The notes beneath the pieces are model-generated. The model saw only the letters and a program-made list of their open reading frames with translations, made no database searches and had not been told where the DNA came from. From positions 128,599 to 192,598 of the forward strand of contig NIVC01001232.1 of assembly GCA_002269645.1 (NCBI GenBank): DNA of 64,000 nt, read 5' to 3'. The position numbers were made by a program, and so were the translations under genes. This stretch comes from Macrostomum lignano. Taxonomy: Eukaryota. Shown here in pieces: positions 1-12,790 of the stretch. Position 1 is the stretch's first letter. Every line of letters starts with the position of its first letter.

Positions 1-681
1 AATATTCTTAACTAAAATATCTACATTAAATTGATTCAGCCAAGCAAATGAAACAAAAATTCGGTTCGCTATAAAACCGGAACGCCTTTGCATAATTTGG
101 CTCCAGTTGTTTGGAGCGAGGGCGATGACGCGAAAGGGTTGAGTGGAACGTTAAACCCGCGTCACTAGACGTTGCCTTATTTAGGCATAGCACGTTGCTG
201 CTTCGTGAGCGCCTGCTTTTGGTTAGATAGAAAGTACATGTTGAGGACTGCCTGTGCGTACAGTTGAAAACGCCATAGAAATCCCTCTTTCCCTGCGCCG
301 GCTGTAAACCGAAGATATTTTTGTTCTATTTTTAGCCTGCCCATGAGAACTGGTTGCCGCGCCCCGCCCTTATGCCCCGCTTGACGACGGAATGACTGTG
401 CAGTACACTGGGCATGTCTGCAAGCCCTCTCTCTCCCCTTGCCTCGCCCTCCAGTTGTGCGTCTCCTCTCCGCGTGTCGGCTTTTTAAGGAGAGAAATTC
501 TGTACGAATCTATAGACCTGTTTTAACTGGACTAGGCTTAGCTACCGTCGTAACTTAGAAACTAACACTTTAACTGTGCGCTTACTTGTTTAATTCTCTG
601 CCCCTCTACAATCAATTCCACAGCGATTTTGTATTCCGCTCTCCGCAAATTTTCTCTATAACCAAAAATTGAAACGAAAAC

Positions 682-3600
682 ATGGCTGCTACTGAAAACC
701 AAGCTGATTACTCGGAGGATTCAACTAAAATGTTGAAGGACAAGACTGCGCCGGTTGACACGGAGGAAGCCTGCGCTGCCGACATGAACGGAGGCGGCGA
801 AACCTCACAGACATCTGACAAGCATCCGCTGCACAACCGGTAAGGGCTGCTAGAATCTTTATTATTGTTTGTTATCCGTCCCAGTTTTGAGACAAGAAAG
901 CTACCTTCCAAAGCTTCCAAATCGCATAGATTTGATTTACTAACTGCAGCTTTATCTAGACTTCCCTAATCCCTTATGAATTTAGGCTTTAGTGTATTAA
1001 TTATTAAGTACCTGTGTTATTTGTTATCTGCTTGCTTGCATATAATTATGTTGTCTGTTTTCTTTTTTGACAAGGTTTGCCTTAGCTGCACGTTTTCTTC
1101 AGTCTGATATGTCACAGGAATTTTTTGTTTACCCTTCTGCTTTGTGCGTGCTAATGCCATCTGTCTCTCCCTCTCTCTCTGCCTGCCTGTGCGCGCACCC
1201 TGGTTTGTCATTGCCATTACCATCTGTACAGTGTGCTCTCTGATGCTTTATAACGGCGAGGCTTATTGCAGTGCCTGTGTGCTAGCAATAAATCAGCCTA
1301 AAGGTTCAGTTGAAGGTCAGAGGCTTGCCTGTCTATCCTAGGCTGCAAAAATTTGCTTGCCTTAATCCTGCCTACTTTCCTATTGGAAGGGAAGCGCTAA
1401 TTACAGAGAAATCTAACACGTGTAATGGGATAAATTTAATCTATCCTTATTTGGGCTTCTCTATTAATAGCTCAAGGTCGATATTCGAAATAATTTTATG
1501 ATTCGTCTATGCCAGGCATTAGTTTGGATTCTCTAGCACACGTTGGTTGACTTCTCGTCCTGCTTGGTATTTCAACTCAGAAAAAAACTGTTCGCATGTC
1601 TAATTATCCAGTTGGTTATCTTATCGATTTTCCGGCCGCTGACAAAACTTGAATCTAAACTAGTTGAGCCGAGCTTACTAAGCATTCAGTTTTGGCCAAC
1701 CATACGCGATGTAAACTTCTTCGCCCGGCTTGTGCGCTGTGTGCCGAAATGCATGCGATTTATTGCTTCTTACAGTGTGACCTGTGGCCTGCCTTTGAGT
1801 AGATTTGTGGCCAATCAATAGTCCTACCCCACCCGACAAACGGGGCAATAGGAAAGTACTCTGACAATGACGTCAGTAACTTTACCTTAGCGCATGGTAT
1901 TTAATCTCTTGTGTGTTATCGAACAATACTAGCTGACAATGTCTGAATCTTACCATACTTTCACTGGGAGATGTCTGAATCTTTCCATACTTTCACTGGG
2001 AGATACCTGTGTCTTACCAGACTGTTACCTGGGAAATGCCTGTGTCTTACCAGACTGTTACCTGGGAGATGCCTGTGTCTTACAGACTGTTACCTGGGAA
2101 ATGCCTGTGTCTTACCAGACTGTTACCTGGGAGATGTCTGTGTCTTACCAGACTGTCACCTGGGAGATGCCTGTGTCTTACCAGACTGTTACCTGGGAGA
2201 TGCCTGTGTCTTACCAGACTGTTACCTGGGAGATGCCTGTGTCTTACCAGACTGTTACCTGGGAGATGCCTGTGTCTTACCAGACTGTCACCTGGGAGAT
2301 GTCTGTGTCTTACCAGACTGTCACCTGGGAGATGCCTGTGTCTTACCAGACTGTTACCTGGGAGATGCCTATGTCTTACCAGACTGTTACCTAGGAGATG
2401 CCTGTGTCTTACCAGACTGTTACCTGGGAGATGCCTGTGTCTTACCAGACTGTTACCTGGGAGATGCCTGTGTCTTACCAGACTGTTACCTGGGAGATGC
2501 CTGTGTCTTACCAAACTGTTACTTGGGAGATGTCTGTGTCTTACCAGACTGCCACCTGGGAGATGCCTGTGTCTTACCAGACTGTTACCTGGGAGATGCC
2601 TGTGTCTTACCAGACTGTCACCTGGGAGATGCCTGTGTCTTACCAGACTGTTACCTGGGAGATGCCTGTGTCTTACCAGACTGTTACCTGTGAGATGTCT
2701 GTGTCTTACCAGACTGTTACCTGGGAGATGTCTGTGTCTTACCAGACTGTTACCTGGGAGATGCCTGTGTCTTACCAAACTGTTACTTGGGAGATGTCTG
2801 TGTCTTACCAGACTGTTACCTGGGAGATGCCTGTGTCTTACCAGACTGTTACTTGGGAGATGTCTGTGTCTTACCAGACTGTTACCTGGGAGATGTCTGT
2901 GTCTTACCAGACTGTTACTTGGGAGATGTCTGTGTCTTACCAGACTGTTACCTGGGAGATGCCTGTGTCTTACCAGACTGTTACCTGGGAAATGCCTGTG
3001 TCTTACCAGACTGTTACCTGGGAGATGTCTGTGTCTTACAGACTGTCACCTGGGAGATGCCTGTGTCTTACCAGACTGTCACCTGGGAGATGCCTGTGTC
3101 TTACCAGACTGTTACCTGGGAGATGTCTGTGTCTTACCAGACTGTTACCTGGGAGATGTCTGTGTCTTACCAGACTGTTACCTGGGAGATGCCTGTGTCT
3201 TACCAGACTCACCGGAAGATTTCTGTCTTACCAGACTCACCGGGGAGATTTCTGTCTTACCAGACTTACCTGAAAGATGTCTGTCTTACCAGACTTACCT
3301 GAAAGATGTCTGTCTTACCAGACTTACCTGAAAGATGTCTGTCTTACCAGACTTACCTGAAAGATGTCTGTCTTACCAGACTTACCTGAAAGATGTCTGT
3401 CTTACCAGACTTACCTGAAAGATGTCTGTCTTACCAGATTGTCACGTGGGAGATGTCTGTCTTCACAATTGCGAATTAGGGCAAAATTTAACTAAAACTC
3501 TCCCCAACCCCAATCAACAGCTGGACTCTGTGGTTCTTCAAAAACGACCGGCACAAGACCTGGAATGAGAACCAGAAGCAAGTGACCAGTTTCGGCTTTG

Positions 3601-4049
3601 TAGAAGATTTCTGGGCCCTGTTCAACCACATCCAGCCAGCCAGCAAGCTGCCTGTTGGCTGCGACTATTCCCTGTTCAAGGAGGGCATCAATCCCATGTG
3701 GGAGGATCCCAACAATCTGAAGGGCGGCCGCTGGTTGATCACGCTGGACAAGACCAAGCGCAATCTCAGTATGGACAGCTTCTGGATTGAGACTCTTCTA
3801 TTGTTAATCGGCGAAGGCTTCGACGACGATTCAGACGAAGTGTGCGGCGCTATAGTTCAAATCCGAGCCAAGCAGGATAAACTGTCCGTGTGGACTCGGA
3901 CAGCTGTCAATAAGGACGCTTGCACTAATATCGGCCACCGGCTCAAAGAGGCCCTGCAGATTCCGGAGAATATTCAAATTGCCTACCAGACCCACGTAGA
4001 TCAGGAGCAGAAGAGCTCTAGCATGGCCAAGTCCACCTACGTGTTGTAG
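682..4049 (+). CDS. EIF4E: Eukaryotic translation initiation factor 4E (class I), 2 exons: 682-839 and 3521-4049
   Basis: Splicing at CG|gtaag (840) to caacag|C (3520) gives HPLHNRWTLWFFKNDRHKTWNEN...VEDFWALFNHI...GINPMWED...GGRW. All diagnostic eIF4E tryptophans are present. The ORF track shows only exon 2. Confidence 0.95.
1955..3445. repeat. Minisatellite in the eIF4E intron (33-bp unit grading into a 29-bp unit)
   Basis: Unit cctgtgtcttaccagactgttacctgggagatg is repeated about 40 times, then acttacctgaaagatgtctgtcttaccag. The overlapping periodic ORFs 1939-3331 are by-products. Confidence 0.95.
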
Positions 4050-5769
4050 GCTGGATTGACTTTCTGCGTTTTTTTTTTGCGCCCACCGACACCAGCGTCC
4101 GAAGCCCCATCAATCCCTATCCTATATTCTCCCTACTGCTCCCTGGTCTGGGCCTATATAATAGACCTTGCGCTGCAATCACAGTAATATTGCCCAAAAA
4201 CCCAGTCCCTAGGGTTGCTAGGTCTCTCCAACTCTGTCTGTCGCTTAGGCCTCAACCGCCCCCCCCCCCAAGGTTACTAAATTCTGACGATGTGAAATAG
4301 GCGCATTTTTTGTTTTCCTCCGCTTGCGTTTACGGCCGTCGCTCCAGTTTATAATTAATTAGATAAATAATTTTATTTTCTTCATTTGCCTTCTCTCTTT
4401 TTTTCTGAACTCTTTTTTGGAGCGAAATTGTGTCCGAAAATGGTCGGCTTCGTCGGATTTTTCAGTAACTTAGGGTAAACATTATTATTAAGCTGCAGAA
4501 TGCAACACTTTAAAATGTAGTTCAATACTTTTTTGCTTATGAGTCTGTTGAATTTTGGTCATTCAAGACGGACACACACACAGACAATTGCTCTGAAGAA
4601 AAAATGCATACAATCCTACATGCACCATACATTTTTTGTCTCGCATATTACATAATATAATAATTATATTAATTTTGTGTCTGCACTCTTTTTGAAATTT
4701 AAATTTCTATGTAACCAGAAGAGCATGCTTATGTAGTACCAGAAATAGCGTAATAGCAAAACCATTTTCATGCTAAAATCATACATATATATATATATAC
4801 GCATATCCATATCCTCAATTATATTACTGTGCTGTTATGCAAACTCTGCAAGCGGAATCGAACCTGGAACCCACCCGGCTAATAATTATTGCACACGTAA
4901 AATAGCCTATCTGGCTCAAGATAAAAAGTTTTTATGTTTTAAACGAGAATTAAAACTCAACTTTCTTTGCCTATATATATTACGCTTATTTTTTGTTTAA
5001 AAATTGATTCATTCATCTTTTGTTCTCTGTAAAAAAGTGCACCCTATCCACCGTTTCACGATGCAGTTTAGCAACTCACTTTGTGCTCAACTATTTCTTG
5101 TAATCCGCTAGCCGACTAAATAACATCTCTTTGTAATGAAAGTTTACCTTAAAATAAAAGTGAAACAGGCCCATCTGTGTGACTTTGTTCAACTGTGCGC
5201 GCAGTCCATTCAAATATTATGTTTAAAATCTTAATTTCCCATTTTAATGTCATTTTATGTACTAGAATATGTACTCTATAGCATAATCATTCTATTATAG
5301 CTACCGTAGAAGGTAAGGCACCATTAAAATCCCCATTACTACTAGGCATTCTACTGGTGTAATTATCATTCATATTATTTATCTTTATCGTTAATTGCGA
5401 AGACCCCCCCCCCAGCCAACCAATTACAATCTTATTCAGCTCTAGGTCCCATCGCACTGCCAAAAAAACGCAAGCAGTACATTTTCCTTTTACTTAATTC
5501 ACTTAACTATGCGTGTGCGCGTCATTTCAAGCTGCCATCCTCTGCCCTCGTACCAATTCTATTTTTGTTTTGTGTTGTTTTTTCAATCCTTGCTTCATTT
5601 TTTGCCGTATAAAAAAACATTTTTTGCTCCTAACGCACTTGCGCTCTGAAGAAATAATAAAACGCGCTAAAAAGTGGCTATTAGCCTGTGGAATTAAAGC
5701 TTTGGGAATTGTGTCGCTTGTGTTACTCATTTTCTTTATTTTTAACTTTTGAGTGAGGCATTATAGGCT

Positions 5770-6330
5770 TGATAAATACTTCCCACGTGGACCCGGCCAT
5801 AGACTACAGAAACGCATTTATTCACCAATGGGGGCCGACCATAGACTACAGAAACGCATTTATTCACCAATTGGGCCCTGCCATAGACTACAGAAACGCA
5901 TTTATTCACCAATTGGGCCCTGCCATAGACTACAGAAACGCATTTATTCACTAATGGGGGCCGACCATAGACTACAGAAACGCATTTATTCACCAATTGG
6001 GCCCTGCCATAAACTACAGAAACGCATTTATTCACTAATGGGGGCCGATCATAGACTACAGAAACGCATTTATTCACTAATGGGGGCCGATCATAGACTA
6101 CAGAAACGCATTTATTCACCAATTGGGCCCGGCCATAGACTACAGAAACGCATTTATTCACCAATTGGGCCCTGCCATAGACTACAGAAACGCATTTATT
6201 CACCAATGGGGGCCGACCATAGACTACAGAAACGCATTTATTCACCAATTGGGCCCGGCCATAGACTACAGAAACGCATTTATTCCCACATAGGCCCCGC
6301 CATGTGCTAAAGAAACGCATTTATTCAGGC
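5770..6330. repeat. Intergenic minisatellite, about 39-bp unit
   Basis: ccatagactacagaaacgcatttattcaccaattgggccc-like unit, about 14 copies. Confidence 0.95.
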
Positions 6331-7061
6331 TAAATAAATATTTCTGTATTCTATGGCCAAGCCCGAGTGAGGAAAAACTGCTTTATCCCCCAGTTTCATA
6401 TATCTATGGCCGCAAACGGCTTTAGCCTCGGGTTCGCCTCGGTCTATAAACGAGTCCTCAGCAACCGTTTGCGGCCACAATAAATGAAACAATTGGATAA
6501 TGACTTATACTTCCGCATTTCTAGTGCAATCACTTCCTTGTTGTACTTGTCCGCTTTTCGAAAAGTGAATATATACTCTTAGTGCACTACTAAGGTAACC
6601 TGTTGTGAAAAATTTAATGCAAAAAAACAAATTTCTTTAAACTCCAAGCCGAAAAGCCGAAAAGCCGAAAACTTTTTCTAAAAAGTTTAAGCAGGGGTCA
6701 CCTTTAAAATTACTTAGGCATATATTTATAACCCCTGCAAATTTGCTTCTTAAATTTCCTGAAAATCTTTTATAATGAATATCTTTAATTAGTCTCCCAT
6801 TATAAATATTATATTTGTCCACTATTGAGGGGTGGCGGCAACGAATATTGTCTAAATGAGAATTACCTAACTTTAAAAAATGTAGAAATTTCACCAACTA
6901 AAGACTTCATGAACTATTGATTTAAAGTGGTAGAATATCGCTTTTGGTGATTTAGCCTAAAGCTTTTTAGTTTCAATAGCGTGTCTGGTTTGCAATACTT
7001 TCCCGTCTGTGATTGGTCCGTTAAATACTCATAGTTGACCATATTTTATCACATTTTCTAG

Positions 7062-7907
7062 CAGCCGTTGAACCGACGCGTCTTAACCCTGCTGTCCGCT
7101 CCGGCGGCGGCTGGCCGCCTCATGCGCGCCGTTGTCGCACGACGCGGCGCCAGCAGCGGCGGCTCGTTCAGTCAGAGCCAGACTGACGCGTCCTTTGTCA
7201 GGCCGTCGGCCTGGACTGTCGGCCTCGCCCGGTTCGCGGTTGGCTCTGGCTTAATCCTGGCCGGCGCCGCTGCTATTCAAAGATACAATGAAGTCCGTCG
7301 CATCACCGCCAGGCCAGACTCCTCTGACGAATTGGCCGCCATTCGACGCGCCTTCCGATTCAGTTTGGACCGCGGCGGCGAGCTCAGCCTTCGCCGGGTG
7401 TCCTACTCGCGCCTGCAGGAGCTGGTGGCCACAGGCCGAGTTGACGAGGTTCACATCTGTCCAGCTGACTCTGCCCTATACGCATTCGGGCCCACGTCTG
7501 ATGGCGGTCTTCGCTGCTATGCCGTTGAGGCCGCGCCTGCCAGTAGTCGCAGTCTGTCGGTGGGTTTGGATTTCGGTGGCCAAGCAGACTGTAATAACGA
7601 CTCGGCTGAGCAGCTCGCCGATCGGCTGGCGGGGTTCCGCCGGCGTCTGGCTGTTGTCGACGTTGACAGAGGCCTGTTGGAGCCGCCGCCTCTTCGCGTT
7701 GCCTGGTGCGCAGGACCCGTTCTCGGCAACGGCGATAGCTCTCACTCGCCTGCTCCACTGTCGCTGGAAACGCTGCTCACGCCCGGCAGCGCCGCCTGTA
7801 TAGCCGCTTGGGCAGGTGTGTGCCTTCGCTGGCGCCTATTGTACCTGGCGGCGCCACTAGCGGTGCTTTGTTCTGTGCCAGTGCTTATTTTGCGCGAACA
7901 GAAATGA
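7062..7907 (+). CDS. Single-exon membrane protein resembling the N-terminal (FtsH_ext) region of paraplegin/AFG3L2; no AAA or protease domain
   Basis: GC-rich ORF inside AT-rich flanks. It has an Arg-rich presequence-like start, a hydrophobic segment (GLARFAVGSGLILAGAAAI), the stretch VSYSRLQELVATGRVDEVHICPADS resembling paraplegin [25 protein letters not shown], a second hydrophobic segment and a stop at 7907. First genomic ATG is at 7122; an in-frame acceptor ttttctag ends at 7061. Confidence 0.55.
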   Translation, partial: QPLNRRVLTLLSAPAAAGRLMRAVVARRGASSGGSFSQSQTDASFVRPSAWTVGLARFAVGSGLILAGAAAIQRYNEVRRITARPDSSDELAAIRRAFRFSLDRGGELSLRRVSYSRLQELVATGRVDEVHICPADSALYAFGPTSDGGLRCYAVEAAPASSRSLSVGLDFGGQADCNNDSAEQLADRLAGFRRRLAVVDVDRGLLEPPPLRVAWCAGPVLGNGDSSHSPAPLSLETLLTPGSAACIAAWAGVCLRWRLLYLAAPLAVLCSVPVLILREQK

Positions 7908-10900
7908 CTAGAACGATTATTGCATAAAACATTGAAACTCAGTGGCTGGTTATATTATAAGGGATCTGTTGTTGAATTGCCTACACAATTTTTGAATGTA
8001 CGAGTACGTTTCATATTCGCTTTGTAATATCTGCGCATTTTACTCATAGTCTTATTTGTTTCTTATATGATAGGTTTTCTTATTGTGAACTTTGTTTGAC
8101 TGTAATTGCAGTCCAACCGTACCTGTGTTGACTCTTGATTATAATGTAGCTCTTTGAAAAATTAAATCAATCTTAACCTAGTTTCCCAAGTTAAGTGTAG
8201 CACGCATACACTTTAAAAAACCGTTAAACTTTGGTCGTGGTCAGATCATCATATTTTATTTCGTTACCGAGAATGACGAGTTAACAAAGATTGCCTGGTA
8301 AAAATTCCACTGAAAGCTAGACAGTTCTTTATTAACCAATCGGTGGACCAAAGGAGACAAAGAACTAAATGGGAGAGAAATTTTAAATCGATTTCCCTAC
8401 TTCGTAATTACCCTACATGTAATATAATCCGAGCAGTGGCGTATGCTGAAATTTAATTTGGGGGGGGGATAACTAGATAAACATCTTACTAAATAATGTC
8501 ACCTCCAGGAATTGACTAAATACATGTTGCCCTGTTTTTTGTCCTGGAACTTTTGGTGCTTGTTTTGATATACTTACGTGGCCAACACTAAGAAATTATA
8601 TTGACCCTCAATGGTACGTGTATAGTGAAGATAAAATATAATAATAATCCTAATCCCCACCAAAGCTAACTTCAGATACTTCGAATGTCATTCCTGATTG
8701 AAATGAGCTGACCAGAATTGGTGTAGTTGATTGACTTCAGATGACGGCATTGTAGACGATAAAGTGATTATATTTAGGCTAGAGCTTTTACTTTACTTTA
8801 GTCTATTAGTTTTTAAATTCAAATTCTGTATAAAAAGAACAAAAAATACTTTATCTATTGTTTTCTATTTTAAAACAACATTTTGTTGTGTTATATTTTT
8901 TGTAAGGTACAATTTTGATTTGCCAAAAAGTTGATGTGAAAATTTCTACGTGAACGTGTCGCGACGAACCTAAAGTTGTAATTCTGTCTGTATAACAATT
9001 TATGTTTAATAAACGTACCTACAAAGTTCTGCACTGCAGGCTGTAGACTGTAACCTGAAAGTATCAAACTTTACAAACGAACTACATTTAAAAAACAAAA
9101 AATCTGTCAAAGGTATGAGTAGTTACTTTGGATTTCCATCTGGACCTACATACAGGTAAGCCCTCCACTAGGCACTTCAGTGAGAAAATTAAATTTCAGA
9201 AATTGTTATAGGCTGCTATTTCACTAGATAGATCTTACTTTCCCATTTCCAAAATGGCCAAACTTTAGTGATTTGGTTGAGTAATAAGGAAACTACAGCT
9301 ATTTTAGTAACCCCGATTTGTGCCTTTAGCCAATGGAATTTTTACATTACGGTTTGTGATCATTTTTGGCCAAAAAGTTGGCTTTTTGTCTTTGAACACT
9401 TGTAATTAATTTTCTAGCCAACCAAAATGACTGTGCTTGGTGTCATTTTGTTCAGTTTTTTAGTGTTAATTGTATGAATTATATATTTTAATATTATTTT
9501 ATATGCCCAAGTTGCTAAGCTAATTGAAACAGGATGGGTGTATGAAATTTTGACTATTTTAACCAGATACGCAATGATTGCAATTTTAAAAATACAATAG
9601 CATCTGTTCTGCTTGCTTAATTTATACAAGGCTAGTGTCATTTTGTTCAGGTTTTTACCTACTATAATACTATTCTACTTCTTGCCCTAAATTTTTAATG
9701 CATGACAGACACCCCAACTGCAATGTAATGTGCTGTACAGGCTTTGCGCATGGGTTTATTAAAAAACGGTTTTGCCTATCGTGTTCAGCATAGCAGAATT
9801 AGTTAAATGACACAGAGAACTAGTTTGCCGGAAGGCAGAGTCTCACAAAAAACACGAAATACACGTTTCAATGGGTATTTTACATGTAAACGTATCAAAA
9901 AAAGAAACCTCCACAAAATTTTTGCGCCTATAGCTATTGGCAAGCGGTTTTTTTTACTGTGCTTGTATTGTCAATAGGTAATGAAAAATATAAAGAGAAA
10001 CAATGCAGGAAAAGGATTTCATGGAAAATTTTGGATTTGAAATTTTGCATAGAGCCATATGGGCATTAAAAGAAAAAAAAAATTTTTTTTAACACCAGAA
10101 AAATGTTTCTAAATTATCCCTTTACACTATAAAACCTTTGTTTCCATTATAAGAAACACATTGCAGCTAAGAAAAAGCATTTTCTGAACCACTGTTTTTT
10201 TATTCATTTTGGCTTCAATTTTATATTCCTCCTAAAAAATGGTCAACTTTAAAAATAGACAGTGCAAAAAGTATAACAAAGCTAGACTTGCAGTTGGTGT
10301 CATTTGAAAGAGCTCCTTTTTACCTTTTAAATGCATATTTTACTTTCATCCTAGCTTCTATAGTTTCTTTAAAATCGCCCTTGAAAAATTGGACTTTTTT
10401 CTTACTTTTTTGCCATTGGCACGCACTTCTTATAACTCACTGAAGTCCCTACCTCCACTGCCTGCAACATATTCGAGTCTATTTTGTTTCATCTGTATAA
10501 TAAAAAATCATTTTCTTTATTAAATTCTAATTGGCTAATGTTTTAGAATTTTTTTCCTGCATTTAAATTAAGTCGGCTCAATCAATGTCTCTGTCTAAGT
10601 GGTGCAAATACTAACATAGGTATTTCAATGAGCAAGTGAGGGTCCCATATTCCTATTTGAATATGCATACAAAAGACAAATTTTTATATAAAGTAGGCTT
10701 TTTTGTTGATGAATAACTTTGCTATTGCAATGTATTTATGTAAAATAAAAAGCAATTATAAACTACAAAGAGAAAAATATTTTGTCTGGTTGTTATAGCA
10801 TAGACTCAGTAGAGAAGAAGCAGTTTATAAATATTTATTTAGCTATTATTAAGACAATAACAAACTATACTTAAAATTTTGACAGAAAGGCAATACGATA

Positions 10901-10921
10901 GATAGATTTAATAATAGATAC

Positions 10922-11970
10922 TGAGGTGGGGGTGGAGAAATTAATTCTTGGAATACTCGGTTTCAATAACTTGCTGACACCAGTGAGGTTTCCATCAAAT
11001 TTCCATCAAAACGTTGAGTTTGCATGAATAAACCGGAAAATCGCGCAGAGGAAACTCAACAAGAAAATTTCTCCTTTTCTCCGACTGCCAGGTTCTCAAG
11101 TCCGGGGGGAGGGTAGTTGTATCGTAGTGGAGCGGTCGTGTAGCGGTGCGGTCGTTCTAAGCGATGAAGCACCGGAGATTTTCTGACTCCGTAAACTGAT
11201 GCGTAGGGTTGTCAAGCTGATTACTTTCAATAGGGTAGTTGCTGCCACCACCGTAATTTACATATTACGGAACAATAAGTCTTAGAGCCTTCTTTGAGAT
11301 GAGTACTTGGTTATTTTACGCCCCACGGGCAAATGACTTAAGATATACTATAACTTTGGATATTGAATAGATATTAAAAAATTAGAGTTACTAAGTTTAT
11401 TAAGTTGAATTAAGTTTATTAAAGCAGGCTTAATAAGCAAACATTAAATATTAATTAATGATGAACAACTTCGATGAAGACGGGGGTGTGACTTAAAACA
11501 CAAGATACAAGATAACAGAAATAAAAGTAAGAGAAAGCGTTAAGGACTCTAAACAAGGAAAACTAAACTTAAACACAAGCCTAAACAAAACTTAAAATGC
11601 CAAGAAAACACAAACAAAAGGAGGGGAAAGGAGAGGGAGAGGGAGAATAAAACCTCATGCAAAATTCATTGCGAGTTATATAGGCAAAAGGGGCTTGGAC
11701 CACACGGTATGGCCAAGGAGTGGACATGCATTGGGGCAAAAATACATGGAGAAGGACATGAGATGGTGCGGCATATCCAACACTTAAGAAAAACAAAATT
11801 AAAAGAGAAATCCCGCCACATGCAACAAAATACATGGAACGGGGCGAAGACACACCGCAATGAGAGTGATGCAAAACCAAAGCCAGGGAACTCCACGTGC
11901 GCCACATTCATGTCCCAAAGTTCAATTTCATCAAATCTGATCAATTCTTCGTGGCAACTCGCCTGCCACA
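10922..11970 (-). repeat. 3' LTR of the Gypsy element (1049 bp)
   Basis: About 98% identical to 20328-21389 apart from one non-alignable block near 10989-11010; ends are TG...CA. Confidence 0.95.
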
Positions 11971-11989
11971 TGCGCAGGGCGGCTGGCAT

Positions 11990-12790
11990 TTAGCGGCGAG
12001 AAACTGCAGCTCCCGCTGCCATACCTTGTCCTCGGCCACGAGAGTCGCGTGCAGGTTGGGCTCTAAGCTGGGTCGGTTACGGCAGTTGGGGCGGCTGAGG
12101 TGGCTAAGGCAGCGGGTTGACGGGCGCCGAGCTTGCAATGCGGGCGCTCCGGCATATCTCCAGGGATAGCGTAATGCTGCGGCGCCTAGTTGAATGCTAA
12201 ATGGCCAGGGTGAGCAGGCTGCAACACGGGCCGATATGCTGGCCCCTGGCCAATCGCAGTTGGGCGCCGATCGCCGTGGCCGCTGATTCAATGGCCCGGG
12301 CTGCCTCGTGGGGCGCATTTTGTCGGGCAAGCATGCTCCAAGTGGGGCAGTTGTTGGCGTGCCTCGGCCCTGGTTCGTCGGTGACTTCGCAGCACAGCAG
12401 CTTAGAGAGCTGTTGGGCAACGTCGGGCTCAGTATTGTTTGCAAGGGGCACTTCGTTGAGCTTTTGGGCCGGCGGTCCCCGGCTCTCATCACTGGACTAG
12501 TCCGTTGGCGGCATTGGCGGGGTGGTGTAGGCTGGCTCCAATAGCCTCACCACGTCATCTTCATTGAGCACCGGCATCGGGGCCATGTACACCTGGTCCA
12601 GGTACAGATTAGGCCAGGCCTCCTCTGGACTTGAGTTGGGCGCTGGCGGGATGTAGGCCTCAACAGGGTCCATGTCAATGTCCGCTCCTCCCAGGAGCTC
12701 GAGGAGTGACCAATTGCCGTCGAGGTCGACTGAAACAGCGTTTCCCCACACTGGGTCACCGGACATGTCGTCGTAGTTGTACACAAACAA
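11990..12790 (-). pseudogene. Putative accessory ORF3 of the Gypsy element in the env position, not env-like
   Basis: ORFs 12497-12790, 12197-12451 and 11666-11989 share one frame separated by TAG/TAA stops. It has an acidic N-terminus and a later PQ-rich stretch, with no signal peptide or TM helix. Confidence 0.45.

Noticed and set aside
1939-3331. Long Cys-rich periodic ORFs (CVLPDCYLGDA)n resembling metallothionein or keratin-associated proteins
   Set aside because: They are open in several frames and on both strands, lie inside the eIF4E intron, and follow from a 33-bp unit without stops.
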